64,000 nt of DNA, from NCBI RefSeq assembly GCF_009914755.1, contig NC_060936.1, one strand, 5' to 3'. A program made the translations under genes and the position numbers. This DNA comes from the human T2T-CHM13v2.0 reference genome, Homo sapiens. This document shows positions 21,538 through 36,800 of the stretch, piece after piece; position 1 is the first letter of the stretch, and every line of letters starts with the position of its first letter. The notes below the pieces were generated by a model. It did no database searches and was not told the DNA's origin. It was given only the letters and a program-made list of their open reading frames with translations.

Positions 21538-22992
21538 GAAAGTCTATTGATTTTCATGTCTAACACTGTATATGTTAGACACCAAAACTCCACCACATAT
21601 TCTATTTGGTCCACTATCAACTCAGCATCATGGCCTGCAGACTATCCTTCTTTTGTGTACTCCTGAGTATACAATTCCAACCCATCAGATTTGTGATAAG
21701 CTGATTTATCCTATCTTTAGGAAGATGGGAACAGCAATGGAAGCTCTCACTAGATTTGGGAACAGCTGGCAGTTATGATGGAATTTATGGGCAAAACATG
21801 TTGAACAGAGTATTAGAATCTAGACTGTAAAGCGTTATCAATATTGTGCTATAGAGTTTAACTTATATTATAAAATACTCTCTACAAGTTATACAATCCA
21901 TTGAAACCATCATGCTTTGGAAATTTTTTCAAGTGTAAGCATGGAAGAAATATCTTATTAAAAAAGAAACTGGGAATATTTGTGGAGAAAATAAATGTGG
22001 TTCAACAGCAACAGTGGCAACAATTAGGCATGAATTGTGTGCTAGCTGAAGCACTGGATAAGTGAAAATACAAAAGTATAAAGAAAGCAGACAATGACTA
22101 TTAGCTCTTATTTGTAAAATATTTGCTCTTCTCCTTCTCTTCCTCTTCCTCCTCCTTCTCGTTGCAAACAGAACGTATCGCAGAAGAGAAAGAGACTATT
22201 CAAATTCTACAGCTAGGACATCCTGCCTCATGACCGTAGGAAAATTTCTTCGTTTCTTGTCCTTACATTTCCTCCCCATAAAGAGGAAATAAGAATATCG
22301 ATCTCACCAGATTATTATAAAAATTAAAGGAGCTATTGCATATATCACACTTCTTGTAAATGTATCCCCCAAAATACACATACTGAATAAACTAAGAGTC
22401 TCAAAAAAAAATCAATGAGTAATCACATATTAAAAAAATGAGTGGTGAATGCTGGGTCTAAGGGGGATACGCATTGATGAAAATTGCAGTGTGATTTCTC
22501 CTACGTAGGGAACTGGACTCCATTCCCACTGATGGTTGCTACAGCATGACAGACCCAGTGTTGCAGATCTTATCATTTTGCATGAGAAGCCAGAGATCTA
22601 CATTTGGATATAAAATGTCCCAATTTGAAAACATAGTGTGGGTGAACTAAAATGTATCTGAAGACCTGATCTGGCCTGCAGTTCACCATATTGCAATTCC
22701 TGATTACACACATTATTTACTGAACCTACCACTTTGAGCAATTGAGCCAATTGAATGATTCAGAATGCCTCAGCTTGCTGTGCAGAAATGTAGAAAGCTA
22801 TGCCAGCTGAAATTTTCTGAGGCCACTTTTAGAGAAACTTGTTCTCTCCTACTTTTCTCCAAAGTGCCATTCTGAAGTCTCAGAAGGTCAATGAGGGCTT
22901 AGTGAAATATTAATTCACTTTCAAGTTAATTTTATTAAATTTATTAAATTAAATTTATTGAATCACAATTTACAAATAATAAGTGCACACCT

Positions 22993-24714
22993 TAGTTTTT
23001 AATTTTTGTGGGTACATACTAGGTATATATGTTTATGGGGTACATGAGATATTTTGACACAGACATGCAATATGTAATAACCACATCACAGAGAATAGGG
23101 TGTCCATCCCCTCAAGCTTTTATTCTTCATGTTACAATCCAATTATATTCTTTTAGTTATTTTAAAATGTACAGATAAGTTATTACTGACTATAATCACC
23201 CTGTTGTGCTATCAAATATTAGGTCTTATTCATTCTTTCTATTTTTTGTATCCAGTAACCATCCTTACCTCCCCTTCTGCCCCCAACTACCTTTCCCAGC
23301 CTCTGGTAACCATCCTTATACTATTTCCATGAGCTCAATTGTTTTGATTTTCTGATACCAAAATAAGATGGAACATGCAATGTTTGTCTTTCTGTGCCTA
23401 ACTTACTCACTTATAACACAATAATCTCTAGTTCCATCCATGTTGTTGCAAATGATAAGAGCTCATTCTTTTATGGCTGAGTAGTACTCCGTTGTATATA
23501 TGTACCTCATTTCCTTTATCCATTCATCGCTGATGGACACTTAGGTTGCTTCCAAATCCTGGCTATCGTGAACAGCACTCCAAGAAACAGAGGACTGCAG
23601 ATATCTCTTTGATATACTGATTCCCTTTCTTTTGGGTATATACCGAGCAATAGGATTGCTGGGTCTTATGGTAGCTCTAGTTTTAGTTTTCTAATGAACC
23701 TCCAAACTATTCTGCATAGTGGCTGTATTGATTTACATTCCCATCAACAGTGTACAAGGGCTCACTTTTCTGCATGTCCTCACTAGCATTTATTATTGCC
23801 TCTCTTTGGGATAAAAGTCATTTTAACTGTAGTGAGATGATATCTCACTATAGCTTTGATTTGCATTTCTCTGATGATCAATGATGTTGAGCACGTTTTC
23901 ATATGCCATTTGTATGACTTCTCTTGAGAAATGTCTATTCAGGTCTTTTGCCTATTTTTTAATCAGATTATTAGATTTTTTCCCTATAGAGTTGTTAGAG
24001 CTCCTTATATATTCTGGTTATTAATGCTTTGTCAGATGGGTGGTTTGTAAATATTTTCTCCCATTCTGTGCATTGTCTCTTCACTTTGTTGATTGTATCC
24101 TTTGCTGTGCAGAAGACTTTTAACTTGATGTGATCCTATCTGTCCGTGTTTGCTTTGGCGTGTGTGCTTGTGGGTTAGTACCTAAGAAATCTTTGCCCAG
24201 ATCAATGTCCTAGAGAGTTTCCCTGACGTCTTCTTGCAGTAGTTTCACTGTTTGAGGTCTCAGATTTAAGTCTTTAATCTATTTTGATTTGATTTTTCCA
24301 TATGGCAAGAGATAGGGGTCTAGTTTCATTCTTCTGCACATGGATAATCAGTTTTCCAAATCCATGTACAATTGTTTAAGAAATAGTCTTCTCCCTGTAG
24401 TTGTATTCCAGCGTCTAATAATTATTTTTTGCCATTTCTTTCAGCACAATCTACTGAAGAGACTGTCCTTTCCCTAATGTATGTTCTTGACACCATTGTC
24501 AAAAACGAGTTCACTGTTTGTATATGGATTTACTTTCAGGTTCTCTATTCTGTTCCATTGGTCTGTGTGTCTGTTTTAATGCCAGTACCATGCGGTTTAG
24601 GTTACTATAGCTCAGTAGTATAATTTGAAGTTAAGTAATGTGATTCCTCCAGTTTTGTTCTTTTTGCTTAGGATAGCTTTGGCTATTCTAGGTCTTTTGT
24701 AGTTTCACATAAAT
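22993..24714 (-). mobile_element. L1MA (L1MA1-3-like) 3' portion nested in an older L1ME (about 22955-25410)
   Basis: tttttaatttttgtgggtacata...ggggtacatgagatatttt L1MA 3' end; TSD-like agtgcac on both sides; L1ME-like flanks. Confidence 0.8.
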
Positions 24715-26179
24715 AGTGCACCCATTTTAAGCATATAGTTGGCCGAACTTTGATAAATGTATATAGTCATGTAAATACATCATAATAGTGATATAAAATA
24801 TACCCACCAACCCACCAAGTTCTTTTGTGCACCTGTGAATTCAATTCCCTTCTCTTCTCTGGTCTCAGTAATTCCTAACCTGCCTTCTGTCACTATTGAT
24901 TGGACTTCCCTTCTATAGAATTTCACATAAATGGAACAGTACAGTACATTATCATTTGTGTCTGGCTTCTTTCAGTCAGCCCCAATTTTTTTTGCAATGC
25001 ATCTGTGTTATGTGCACCAGTGTGTCATGCCTTTTTATCTTTGAATCTTATTCCATTTATGGATATATAGAAATTTGTTCATCAATTCACCTGCTGTGGA
25101 CACTTGGGTTATTGTGAAACAACTACTATGAATGTGCAAGTATAAGTCTTTGTCAGTCTTTTAAAATTTAGCCATTGTAGTGGATGTGTGATGGTAACTC
25201 ATTGTAGTGGACGTGATAGTTTAAATTTGTATTTCTTTCACAGCCAAAGGTGCTGGGAGTCTTTTCATGTGCCTATTTGCCATCTGTATATCTACTTTTG
25301 TGAAATCTCTGTTCAAATATGTTGCCCATTTTTTAACTGGGTCATTTGTCTTCTATTCTGGGTATGAGTCCTTTGTCAGCATTATGATTTGCAAATATTT
25401 CCTCCTGGGCTGCAAAATCAGTTTTAATACTGAAAACAAAAATATTCTGTGGTTTATATATTGTTTTCACTTTTATCACCTCATTTTATCCTTAGAAAAA
25501 TCTTGCCAAGAAGGGAGAAGACATTTTATACCTTAATGTTTCAGATGAGGAAAATAAGACTCAGAAGAAAGTTGCCCATTTAATGTCACACAGCTGTTAA
25601 ATAATAAATATGGGATGACTAGCTACATTTACAGTGTGTTTAACTACCCAGAATTCACCCACTTGCATGTAAGCTCTATGAAATGTAGGCATTTTTGTTC
25701 TTCTGTTTTTTGTTTTACCGTACAGCATCTGCAGTGCTTAGAACTGTGCCTGACAAATGGTAGCTACTCAAATAATTCCTGATTAAACTCCTCTTTTCCT
25801 AATAAGACCATGATCCAACTGGTAGAAAGCTGCCTCTTACCCCACTACTTTCTGAGTTTCAGTGGCTCTCACCCTATTCCTGTGTCTCCGGCATGCACCT
25901 GAATTGCAGCAACAGGATTGGCCCAGGGAGAGGCACAGGACAAAGGCTGGTGTCATCAGAGTAAATCTCAAGATTTCTGGAGGAACTACTGGAGAGAGAC
26001 TTTGTAGTGTCTTTTTTACTGAACTCAAAAATGGGACAGTTTGATGTCAGAACTGTTGTATTCCATTTATCGTCAAAAGAGACGAGCCCTTCTTAGAATT
26101 ATAGCCAGCACAGAGACGAACAAGATGACAGAGAGACATTGAACATTGGTGACATCTTCTAAGTCATAAACCCAGCAAT

Positions 26180-26670
26180 ATTGTAGTGTAACAAAACAGC
26201 ATAAATATTTATTAGCTATACAGTTTCTGAGGGTCAAGAATTTGGGAGCAGCTTAGCTGGATTGTTTTAGCTCATGAGTTATCATCTGATGTTGGCCAGG
26301 ACCGTGATCAACTAGGGGCTAGGTGCTCTGTTTCCAACGAGGCTCACTTATGTTTCTGGTCAGCTTGTGCTAACTATAGCAGGAGTCCTCAGTCCACCCC
26401 CATATGGGCTTCTCTACTGGCTACACGCATGTCCACATGTCATGGCAGCTGCCTGGCTTGTCCCAGAGTGAATGTCTCAAGAAAGAGCAAAGCAGAAGTA
26501 GAAATGTAGTTTAGGATCCAGCTTCAGAAGTCACATGCCATCATTCTGCTAGGAGTTCATTAGAAGCAAGTTACTACATCTAACCCGCATTCAAAAGGAG
26601 GGTTATTGGACTCCACCTTCTGAAGGCAGGAGTGTCGAAGAATTTCTAGACGTATTTTGAAACCACCACA
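26180..26670 (-). mobile_element. MLT1F-like MaLR LTR
   Basis: cagtttctgagggtcaagaatttgggagcagcttagctgg...ttttgaaaccaccaca. Confidence 0.65.
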
Positions 26671-27046
26671 CCAGCCATATTTGAAGGTCAGTGTCTTAGT
26701 CCATTTTGTGTTGCTAGAAAAGAATATCTGAGGCTGGGTAACTTATAGAGAAAAGAAGTTTATTTATCACACAGTTCTGCAGGTTGAGAAGCTCAAGGGC
26801 ATGGCCCTGGCTTCTGGTGAGGGTTTTGATGTTGCAACACAACACAATGGAGAAGGTCAAAAAGGGAGCATACATGTGTGAAGAGGAGAAAACTTGACAG
26901 GCTTTGTAACAACCCACTCTTAAGGGAACCTAACCACTCCCTCAAGAACCAATCCAGCCTTTTGAGGGTGAGAGCTTACTACCATGAGCACAGCACTCAG
27001 CCATTGATGAGGGATCTGCCCCCATAACCCAAACATCACCCGCTAG

Positions 27047-27798
<752 letters not shown>

Positions 27799-29146
27799 AA
27801 TGGGGACCAAATTTTAATATGAATTTTGATGGGTGCAAACAAACCATATCCAACCGCAGTAGGCTACTTCAAGACTTTTTGTTTCCTGCACCCATAATTC
27901 TATCGCTGCCACCACCACCACCAGCATCTCCATTACATCTTTTTCTTCATTTCTTCTTTTTTCTCCCTTGAATAAACTAGTTGGAGCTGGATTTTCTGTC
28001 ACTTTCAATAGACAGAGAGACTCTTAACTGATATAGAAATCAAAAATATATCTTCTCACTCTAACTGTAGTGTTCCTACTGATAAACCACAGCTGACAAA
28101 TTATGGTCTGAGTTTTGACATTGAAGGGCTAGATTTTTATGTTGCGTGTAGAGCACAGGGGATTCTTAGAACATCAATAGTATGTGCACCCATCTCTGAT
28201 CATGCTAACCTCAGTGAATTGAAATGATTTATCTGTGCATGTGAGCTGAATGAACATGCAGGACTGTTCATTCATCCCGAACATTCATCTTTGCATCCTT
28301 AGGGCCTAACAAAGTGTGTGGTGTAAATTAGATGCCTAATATACATTTGCTGAACAGGAGAGAACGGCTGCAATTTCACTGTGTGAAATGATCATTGATG
28401 TTTAAGATGGTTAGAATTTTGCTTTTATGATCCATTCTCTTGATAGCTATGATTTGTCTGAAGCTGAAGCCCTCAGGAAGGAATGCAACACCCTCCAACC
28501 CCCTGAAATTGCAGCACTGTTCCTATGGGAAAATAGAGTCCAGCGTAAGACAATATACTCCATGATTAGTGATGTTCCAGAATGCCTGGTGATGGAAAAC
28601 AAGGACTGCCTATAATAGAATTGCTCTTTAGTCATTCAGAGAGACTCATTTAATCAAAGCCTGCTAGCATAAACTGCTGCTTTACAGCATGAGGCCCTTC
28701 TGGAAGAACATTAACTCTTGCATCTCCCCAGAGCCCCAGTTCAGCATATTTCCAATCAATATTTGCTCCGTAAGCACTGTGTGTACAGGACTAGCCATTT
28801 TATTTTACTTATTTCTTAATCTAGATGCCCACTGACTTTCCCAGAAGAAACCAGGCAACCACAGACTTAACGTTCCCCAGAAATCGAAACGCTGTGTCTT
28901 GTTGCTGTCGGTACACTGGTTTTCAGCTCTGCACGGTTTTTTGAACTAATTTCAGAAAAGACGTTTTGTACACATACCTTTCCCCACATATTAGTTACAA
29001 ATAAAATGAATATGAATAGATAAATGAATGAACAAATGAATGAACAAATTGGTAGGGCACTACCAATGTGATTGAAAGTTGACATTTCAAACCCTTCTGG
29101 CCTTATAAAATCTTAGAGTGACTTCTATTACTGAATGTGGTCATGA

Positions 29147-29664
29147 TCCTAGGGCCCAGAACATAATCCCCCAAAATATGGAACTTTGGCGATTGGGAAT
29201 ACTGCAGAAGCAGAAGCAGCAGCAAGAATGCCACTATGACCTCCTCCTCCCATTCTCCCCTGAGCCACGGTCATAAAGGAATTCTCTGACCTACCTCTCC
29301 AGAGAGAAGGTTGTAATACCCTCATTCCAGAGGGGTCCTGCCCTATATCTGAAGGCCAGGGGGAATCTAAACAAGCAGTCTTGCTATATCCCCAACCCCA
29401 TTCCAGTCTATTACCAACGGACCATATCCCCTTCTGTCCAATCACCTTTCTATGTAACTGTCCATTCCTCATTGAACCTATGCATAAAGCCACAGTTTTC
29501 CCTGGGTCTTTGGATTTTTATTTCTGAAGGCTCCCGTGACATGTAAAACCTTGGTTAAATAAATTCGTTATGCTTTTCTCTTGTTAATCTGTCTTTTTTC
29601 ATAGGGGTGTCAGCCATGAACCATGCAGAAAGTGAGGAAAAGATATTCCTTTCTCTCCCCTACA
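29147..29664 (+). mobile_element. ERV1 solo LTR (MER39/MER34-like)
   Basis: cccaaaatatgg..ctttggc start; ataaattcgttatgcttttctcttgttaatctgtc...ctcccctaca end; atga 4-bp TSD. Confidence 0.6.
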
Positions 29665-29995
29665 ATGACATTGACGATCAGACAAGAACCACGCAAGGTG
29701 CTTTTCATGCATTCACTTCCTCCATCCTCAGGACTGCTGGATGTGTCATAATTACATCCATTCCATGTGTGTGGACATCAAGAGGCTACACATCCTAGAC
29801 AATTGCACAGCTGATTGGTAGCAGGGCATGGACTTGGACTCAGACCCTGTGAACCCACATTAACATTCACTTAATCATTTCACTTTCCTCACTCCAGGGG
29901 ATCTGACCCAACTCCAAAAGTCTATAAGTGCAACGTCTGACTGAGGGATCCAGCTCTGAACCTGCCTCCCCAGTGTTTGAAACCTAGTTCCACCA

Positions 29996-30351
29996 TGTAT
30001 TAGTCTGTTTTCATGCTGCTGATAAAGACATACCCAAGACTTGGTAATTTACAAAGAAAAAGAGGTTTAATGGACTCACAGTTCCACGTGGCTGGGGAGG
30101 CCTCACAATCATGGCAGAAGGTGAAAGGCACATCTTACATGGTGGCAGACAGGAGAGAAAATGAGAGCTAAGTGAAAGGGGCTTCCCCTTATAATACCAT
30201 CAGATCTCGTGAGACTTATTCACTACCATGAGAACAGTATGGAGGAAACTGCCCCCATGATTCCATTATCTCCCACTGGGTCCTTCCCACAACATGTGGG
30301 AATTATGGGAGCTACAATTCAAGGTGAGATTTGAATTGCCAAACCATAACA
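29996..30351 (-). mobile_element. THE1B/C solo LTR
   Basis: tgtattagtctgttttcatgctgctgataaagacataccc...caaaccataaca; 5-bp TSD cacca/catca. Confidence 0.92.
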
Positions 30352-30381
30352 CATCATCACTGCAGAACTGAACTAAGGGGA

Positions 30382-30851
30382 TGTACTAACTTCTGATGGC
30401 TACTGTAACAAATGACCACAAATACAGAGGCTTAACATAATGTGGATTGACTCCTTATAGTTCTGGAGATCAGAAGCCTGAAATCAAGGTGTTGGCCAGG
30501 CTGGTTCTTTCTGGAGGCTTCAGGGGAGAATCCATTGCCTTGCTTTTTTCAGTTTTAGAGGCTTCCACATTCCTTGGCTCCTGGCCCCTTCCTCAAATCC
30601 ATCAAACCTCCAGTTCCATTACCACATCTCCTACTTCTGACACCAAATCTCCCTCTGCCTCTCTCTCCTCTGTAATTACATGGGACCCATCAGATTAGTC
30701 TCATCTGGAGGTTCTCAACTTAATCACATCTTCAAAGACTCTGTTGCCATGTAACCTATATATTGACAAGCTATAGATCCCGGACACAGGCATATTTGGG
30801 GTGAGGGTGAGGGTGGGAGTGGGAGTGGGAGGTATTATTCAGCCCACCACA
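30382..30851 (-). mobile_element. MLT1C/D LTR
   Basis: ctgtaacaaatgaccaca...agttctggagatcagaagcctgaaatcaaggtgttggccagg...tattcagcccaccaca. Confidence 0.75.
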
Positions 30852-32154
30852 GAAAGTAATGTAAGTTACCTAAATTTTGCTGGGACTCAGCTTCAAGATC
30901 CATCAAATGGTGATGATATTTTTTTTACTTACCCTTAGCATTAGGAGAATCAAGTTGGTTAAATTGAAACAAGCTCTAGGTAAATCCCTTTGAAGAAGCT
31001 GGTACATATTTATCTATTAACAAATGTGATGCATTAGTACTCAGATTACCAGTTCAAAGGGTCTAAAGGTAGATATAATACTTCAACGAAAAGGGGTGAG
31101 TCGGAGGGTCTGAGGCGTGTCTACAGATAAAGGGGGTGAGGAAGACAGAGAAGCCAGGGCCATTCAGTGGGGAAGACATTAGCTGCCTGCTGTTCCTACA
31201 GTTCTCTGGGATGGCAACTGCTGACCCCTGAGTGGGGTGGACCCATGGGAGCATATTTAAGGGCGTCAAGCTGCATCATTGCCTGATGTTAAAATAGCAC
31301 TGGACAATAAAAACTACATGAAATTTTCCTTCCCCATGCAAAATTCAATCCACATCTTCTCGTAAATCCTGCCTGAGGTTTCTGATACAGTTTCTTAGGC
31401 TCATAAGCCCATCTCAAGGTCATTCCGAAATTAGTTTGGAGGTAGTTTTCTATGTGGCAGGCATGGTTGAATAAGGAACAAGGAGAAATTATGCTTGGCT
31501 TCTTTCTGATGATATTTATGCTGTAAAAGAAAATTCGACTTCTAATACCATCCACTGCCTTGAAACTTATCGGTGTCCTTAGTTTCTTTGTATTATTTTA
31601 ATATACAGCCTAAGATTATTGTACAATAGAATGGATTCATTCTAATTTACCTGGCAAAAAGATAGTCACTTAAATGCCAACACAAAAATGTATTGATGAA
31701 TATAACTACAAGATCATCACAAGGCAATAACTTTCAAAGAAAGTTTTTTCCCCCCTAAGGAGGATAAACAATTTCATTTTCTAATACCTTGACAGTTCCC
31801 TTCATGTTAACCTCAATTTCATACTTGAAGGAAATGCATAGTTTTTCTGTTGTGAGTTTATAAGAACAATAGAAGAATCAAAACCCCTGCATATATTTTT
31901 CTAATTAATAAAACTAAGTCATGCTTATTGCAGTAGATTTGGCAAGTATCAACAAATGAAAGAATGAGACTCTAAGATCATGAGAACACACATTTTGTTT
32001 CGTTTGCCTTTGGTGTCCTCCTATACAGTACAGTGCCTAGCACATGGTAGGTTCTCAAAATTTTATGGTTTGAATTCAGGAGGAAATAAATATCAGTCAC
32101 AATTTCACTGTTATTAAAATTGTGTTCTATTTCACTTTTAGCCTCTTGACTATG

Positions 32155-32250
32155 TTGTGTGTGTGTGTGTATATATATGTGTGTATATACATATACACAT
32201 GTGCGTGTGTGTGTGTATATATATATACACACACACACATATATATAAAA
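32155..32250. repeat. Compound (TG)n(TA)n(CA)n microsatellite
   Basis: Directly visible alternating purine-pyrimidine tract. Confidence 0.9.
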
Positions 32251-33188
32251 ATATGCACATATAACATTTTGGTTATTAACAAAATCAGGTTGCTACTCTA
32301 TATGTTTTATTTCATGCCTTTTTTAACATACCAGTAAATTGAGAGCATTTCCTCATGCCAATAAATCTTTTAAAACACCATTTTGTCAGCTCTGTTACAT
32401 TTTGCTTGTGAAACTGCTATAGTTATTTAATCATGCCTGTATTCCTAGCACTTAAGGATTCTAATTTTTTCTATTATCAATAACAATGTGAACACCGTGC
32501 TTAGGTATAATACTCCTGATTATTTACTTAAGATAAATCCTAAAATGTAGAAACAAAAGGTTATTAAAAATTTTAATGAAGGTTGGCACACACTGACATA
32601 TCGCTTTTCTACATAGGAAGTTCTTTGAAGCTTTCTATTGGTTACAATTCCATTCATGTGAAGTTTGAATAGAATACACTTTCCCAGTTACAGCCCAAGG
32701 AGGTTTTGGCTTTTACATGTTAAAGATACTTTTTCCCTTTAATTATGTCTTACCTGTTTTAAGAAATCCGAGCTCCTTTTAAGGAAGGGGTTATTAGTCT
32801 GGTGTGGATGGAGTTAGAATTCAGGGCTCTATGAACTTGGCTGGGGAAAAACAGCCCTTTATTTTTCCTACCCTGGAACTGAAATTTAGCACGTCCTTCA
32901 ATGTTGAACCTCAGGGACTACCAGAGTAGCTGTGACTTTTCGCCAACAGAAGCCACAGTGATCTTCATAGTCTATTGGATTTGTAAAAGATATTTCAAAA
33001 TGTACCCTGCCCTGAACACTTACTTGAAATCACAGTAGTTATTACACATGCTGCTAGGCTTTGTTTTCAGAGTTTTATTAAGGAAGCTCATAAAATACCT
33101 TATCACAATTTAGAAAATGTTTTGAAAGCCGCATTTCAATATAGCTGCATTCCTCAGGATTCCTAAGAATTTTATTTTAGGAAATTAA

Positions 33189-33566
<378 letters not shown>

Positions 33567-36200
33567 AAGAATGCTTGTTTTAAAGGTATCAAGGAAACAA
33601 CCAGGAGAAAACATAAATTTCCCATATAAAATACATTTTGCAACTTATAAAGGGCTCTAGGAATATGATGTATGTGCACATATATGTATAGATAGATAAG
33701 TATCTTGTACAGTACTGTTTTTGTTAGTGTGGGGCATCTGTCACCATAGGTGTGTAAGACAGTGTTCGGTGAGGCCGAACTTGATTTTTGGTGGGTGTTT
33801 AAGCAGAACAGACATTAAATAATCTTAGGGCCTCCCAACTCCCCTACTCTCTTTCCAACTGTGTGTTTAGCTGGAGAGAACAATAGTACACAGTGAAATG
33901 CTTAATACCATGACATTTTGCTTTCAATCCATTGATTCTCTTAAGGAGAAAGGCTTACTCTGGGGTGCATACGTCTCTAATCCTTCTGTAAGACCTCCCA
34001 ACTATCTGTTCTAACACAGAAGAAAAAGCCCCGGAACTGGCTGCAAACAATAGTCTCCACATGGAATTCATTAGTAGTGACTCCTTTCATTATTTGATTT
34101 TCACAATTAACTTCTAAATCCAAATTATCCTAGTTTTTCCATTTTTATAACTTCCCTTTGGAATACATTTACTTGAATTCAAAAGTAAAAGGAGTTAAAG
34201 GAGCATGTAAGTGACCCTGAAAGTTTGATGTAGACACGATAAATATTGTGAAAAGATTGTTATTGTCAGAGTTTCAGGAAACCTGGACCAAGCTTCACCA
34301 TTTTTATACCTTAAGCCCTCCAACTTTTTAATGATTTCAGGTAAAAGAATGATCAAGGCACGCCACGATTAAGCTGTACATGTTGAGATCATCTCTGTGT
34401 CTTGATATTAAAAACCAAATCCAATCATCCTCTCCCATCAGTGCTTTCAGACACTCACGTGGTCTCATTTCTTTTCAAGACCTTCACACAGGTTTTCTGC
34501 CTGTAGATCTGCTATAATAAGGACCTATAGACCAAACAAAATGTTGCTCTCATCCATGTTACACTTGCCTCCAGGAGTGAGTAATCAAAACCACATTCAG
34601 CAAGTTTCCCAGACTTTGAGAGTTGTTCAAAAACAATGCTGAGTAATTGTAGACAAAAAACACCCAGTGGCTGAGATTGATATTGACTTAACTGAGGAGA
34701 TACTTTCTTATATTTACACAGTCCCAGTTGATGTCTCTTGTAGACTTTGAATTTGATCCTGATACAATTACATCACATGTTGGTATTCTGTCCACAAAAC
34801 AGAAACCCATTTTACTCTGGAGGATTTTCGAATTCAGGTTATAGGAAAGGGGTCACTGGTCTTGTGATACGAGTTGAATTTACACCCAGCATCTCTTTTC
34901 TGTGGTAGAAAAACTGGATCTACCTTTAAGACAAAAGATTAAGTGTCTAGAACTACCTGCATTTATTAATTGGAATCATTTGTTTAAAGAAGTAAACGTC
35001 TTCAAAATAGCAAGGTGAAAAAGCTTTTAACGCTACCCCTGATTAGAATGGCTGGTGAACGGATCATTTATTTCTTCTACTGCTGATCACAGAGCTTTTA
35101 AATGGAAGTTAAGAGTTCCTTTTAGAAAAAGCTCTAAAAGGAAAAGAGCAAGTTTATATAGAAAATAAAAAGAAAATCAAAGAGCAGTTGAGAAAGAATT
35201 AAGGTAACCAGGTACTTCGTAACTTAGTGTGTCCCACTGAGAAGCTGAAAATCTATCAATTTAAAATGCAGTCTAGAAACTGAGTATCAGTGGAATCATC
35301 AACGTGTCCCCTTGTGTCTGGCTTCCTTCAGCGTCACACTTCAGGCCTTATCTATGTTTTCTCAACGCTTCTGTCGCTTGTTCTTTTTCATTGCTGAGTA
35401 GTATTCCGTTGCTTAAATGTACCACGGTTATTTATCCCTCACCAGCTGGCAGACATTTGGGTGATTCACAGTTTGGGCTATTATGGAAACAGCAAAATTA
35501 TAGACAGAAGAGACCATGGCTTGCCTAGAATTGGGATAGAAATAAAAACTTCATGCAAATGGGTAAAAGCTGATTTTTTTTTTTTTCCGATGATGGAAAA
35601 CTGGGTTGCAGTGACGGCTGAACAACCAAAGACATTCTTCTAAAACTCATTTAACTGTGTGCCTAAAATAGGTCAATTTGACAGTATGTAATTTATAACG
35701 CAAGAGCTTAACGAAGGTTCTAAGTAGGAATCTAAAGTCATATGCCCGTATTGCCAGTTTCTCTAACTGATGTCAGTGAGTCACCAGGGTTAAAGGACTA
35801 AGATGTCACCAAAGAAAGTTCTTACACTGATTGACACACATCATGGCAGGTGAAAGCTGTCAGAAGAAAGTTGCTTTTAGAAATGATAGAAACCAAACTG
35901 TATATATTAATACTTAAAAAATAAGACATCCTGTCCATAAGAAACAACACTTAGAATGAAATTTTTAGGACATAAGAAAGATGATACTTTGCACCAGTTG
36001 GACTGTAAATAAAGCTTCTTCAGATGGATCCTATAATTTTTCTTTCATTTCTTTTTTTAATGTTCCATGAAATACTATTATCTTTCTAAGCTGTTCCCCA
36101 GGACTTCAAGCCACAGATCATCCACACATAGCATTTGTTCCATCAAGCTAAACACACCAGGGGAAACTGGAGGTTTCGGCAAGTTTGATAAAATACTCAC

Positions 36201-36403
36201 GGTAAAGGGTTGTCATGGAGCGTGAAGGGACAGACCCGAGACCGTGCGGCCCACACAGTTAAGTGATCAAAGGAAATGGCTGTCGCAAAGAACACTCCCT
36301 CATCATCAAAAACATCGAAGACTATTTCGGAGAGATGCAGAAATCTATTCGCTTGTTGACAATGAACACCCATCAGAAACAGTGACTGCAAATGTTCATG
36401 ATC
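36201..36403 (-). other. Candidate cryptic or non-coding exon (203 nt)
   Basis: Acceptor tatttttttatttgttaAG|G, donor ACC|GTGAGT, unique CpG-retaining sequence. No transcript evidence available. Confidence 0.35.
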
Positions 36404-36454
36404 CTTAACAAATAAAAAAATACTTTTAGATTTTACGGTGTGTGTATATATATT

Positions 36455-36800
36455 ACTAATACATATGTAAGTATAGATATTGGTATGGATAAGATATAGA
36501 TATAAATATGGATCTGTAGATATAGACAAAGCTATACAGATTAGATATATATGTAGACACAGATTAGATATATATGTAGACATAGATTAGATATATATGT
36601 AGACATAGATTATATATATATATATACATAGATTAGATATAGAAAAATAGATGTATGTAGACATAGATATAGATACAGACATAGAAATTTTTTTCTCTGT
36701 AGGACTGCTACTGACGGTTTCCATGCTCAGAGAGGACACTAAGGGCTGCACATGTGTGCATACACACGCACGTGCACACACACACACACAGACACACACA
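36455..36800. repeat. (TAGA/TA)-rich low-complexity tract with short tandem units, plus (CA)n
   Basis: agattagatatatatgtagac repeated 3-4 times; (CA)n at about 36760-36800. Confidence 0.85.

Noticed and set aside
34453-34510. Possible 42-nt minus-strand micro-exon (ctacAG...CAC|GTGAGT)
   Set aside because: No pyrimidine tract and no supporting features.
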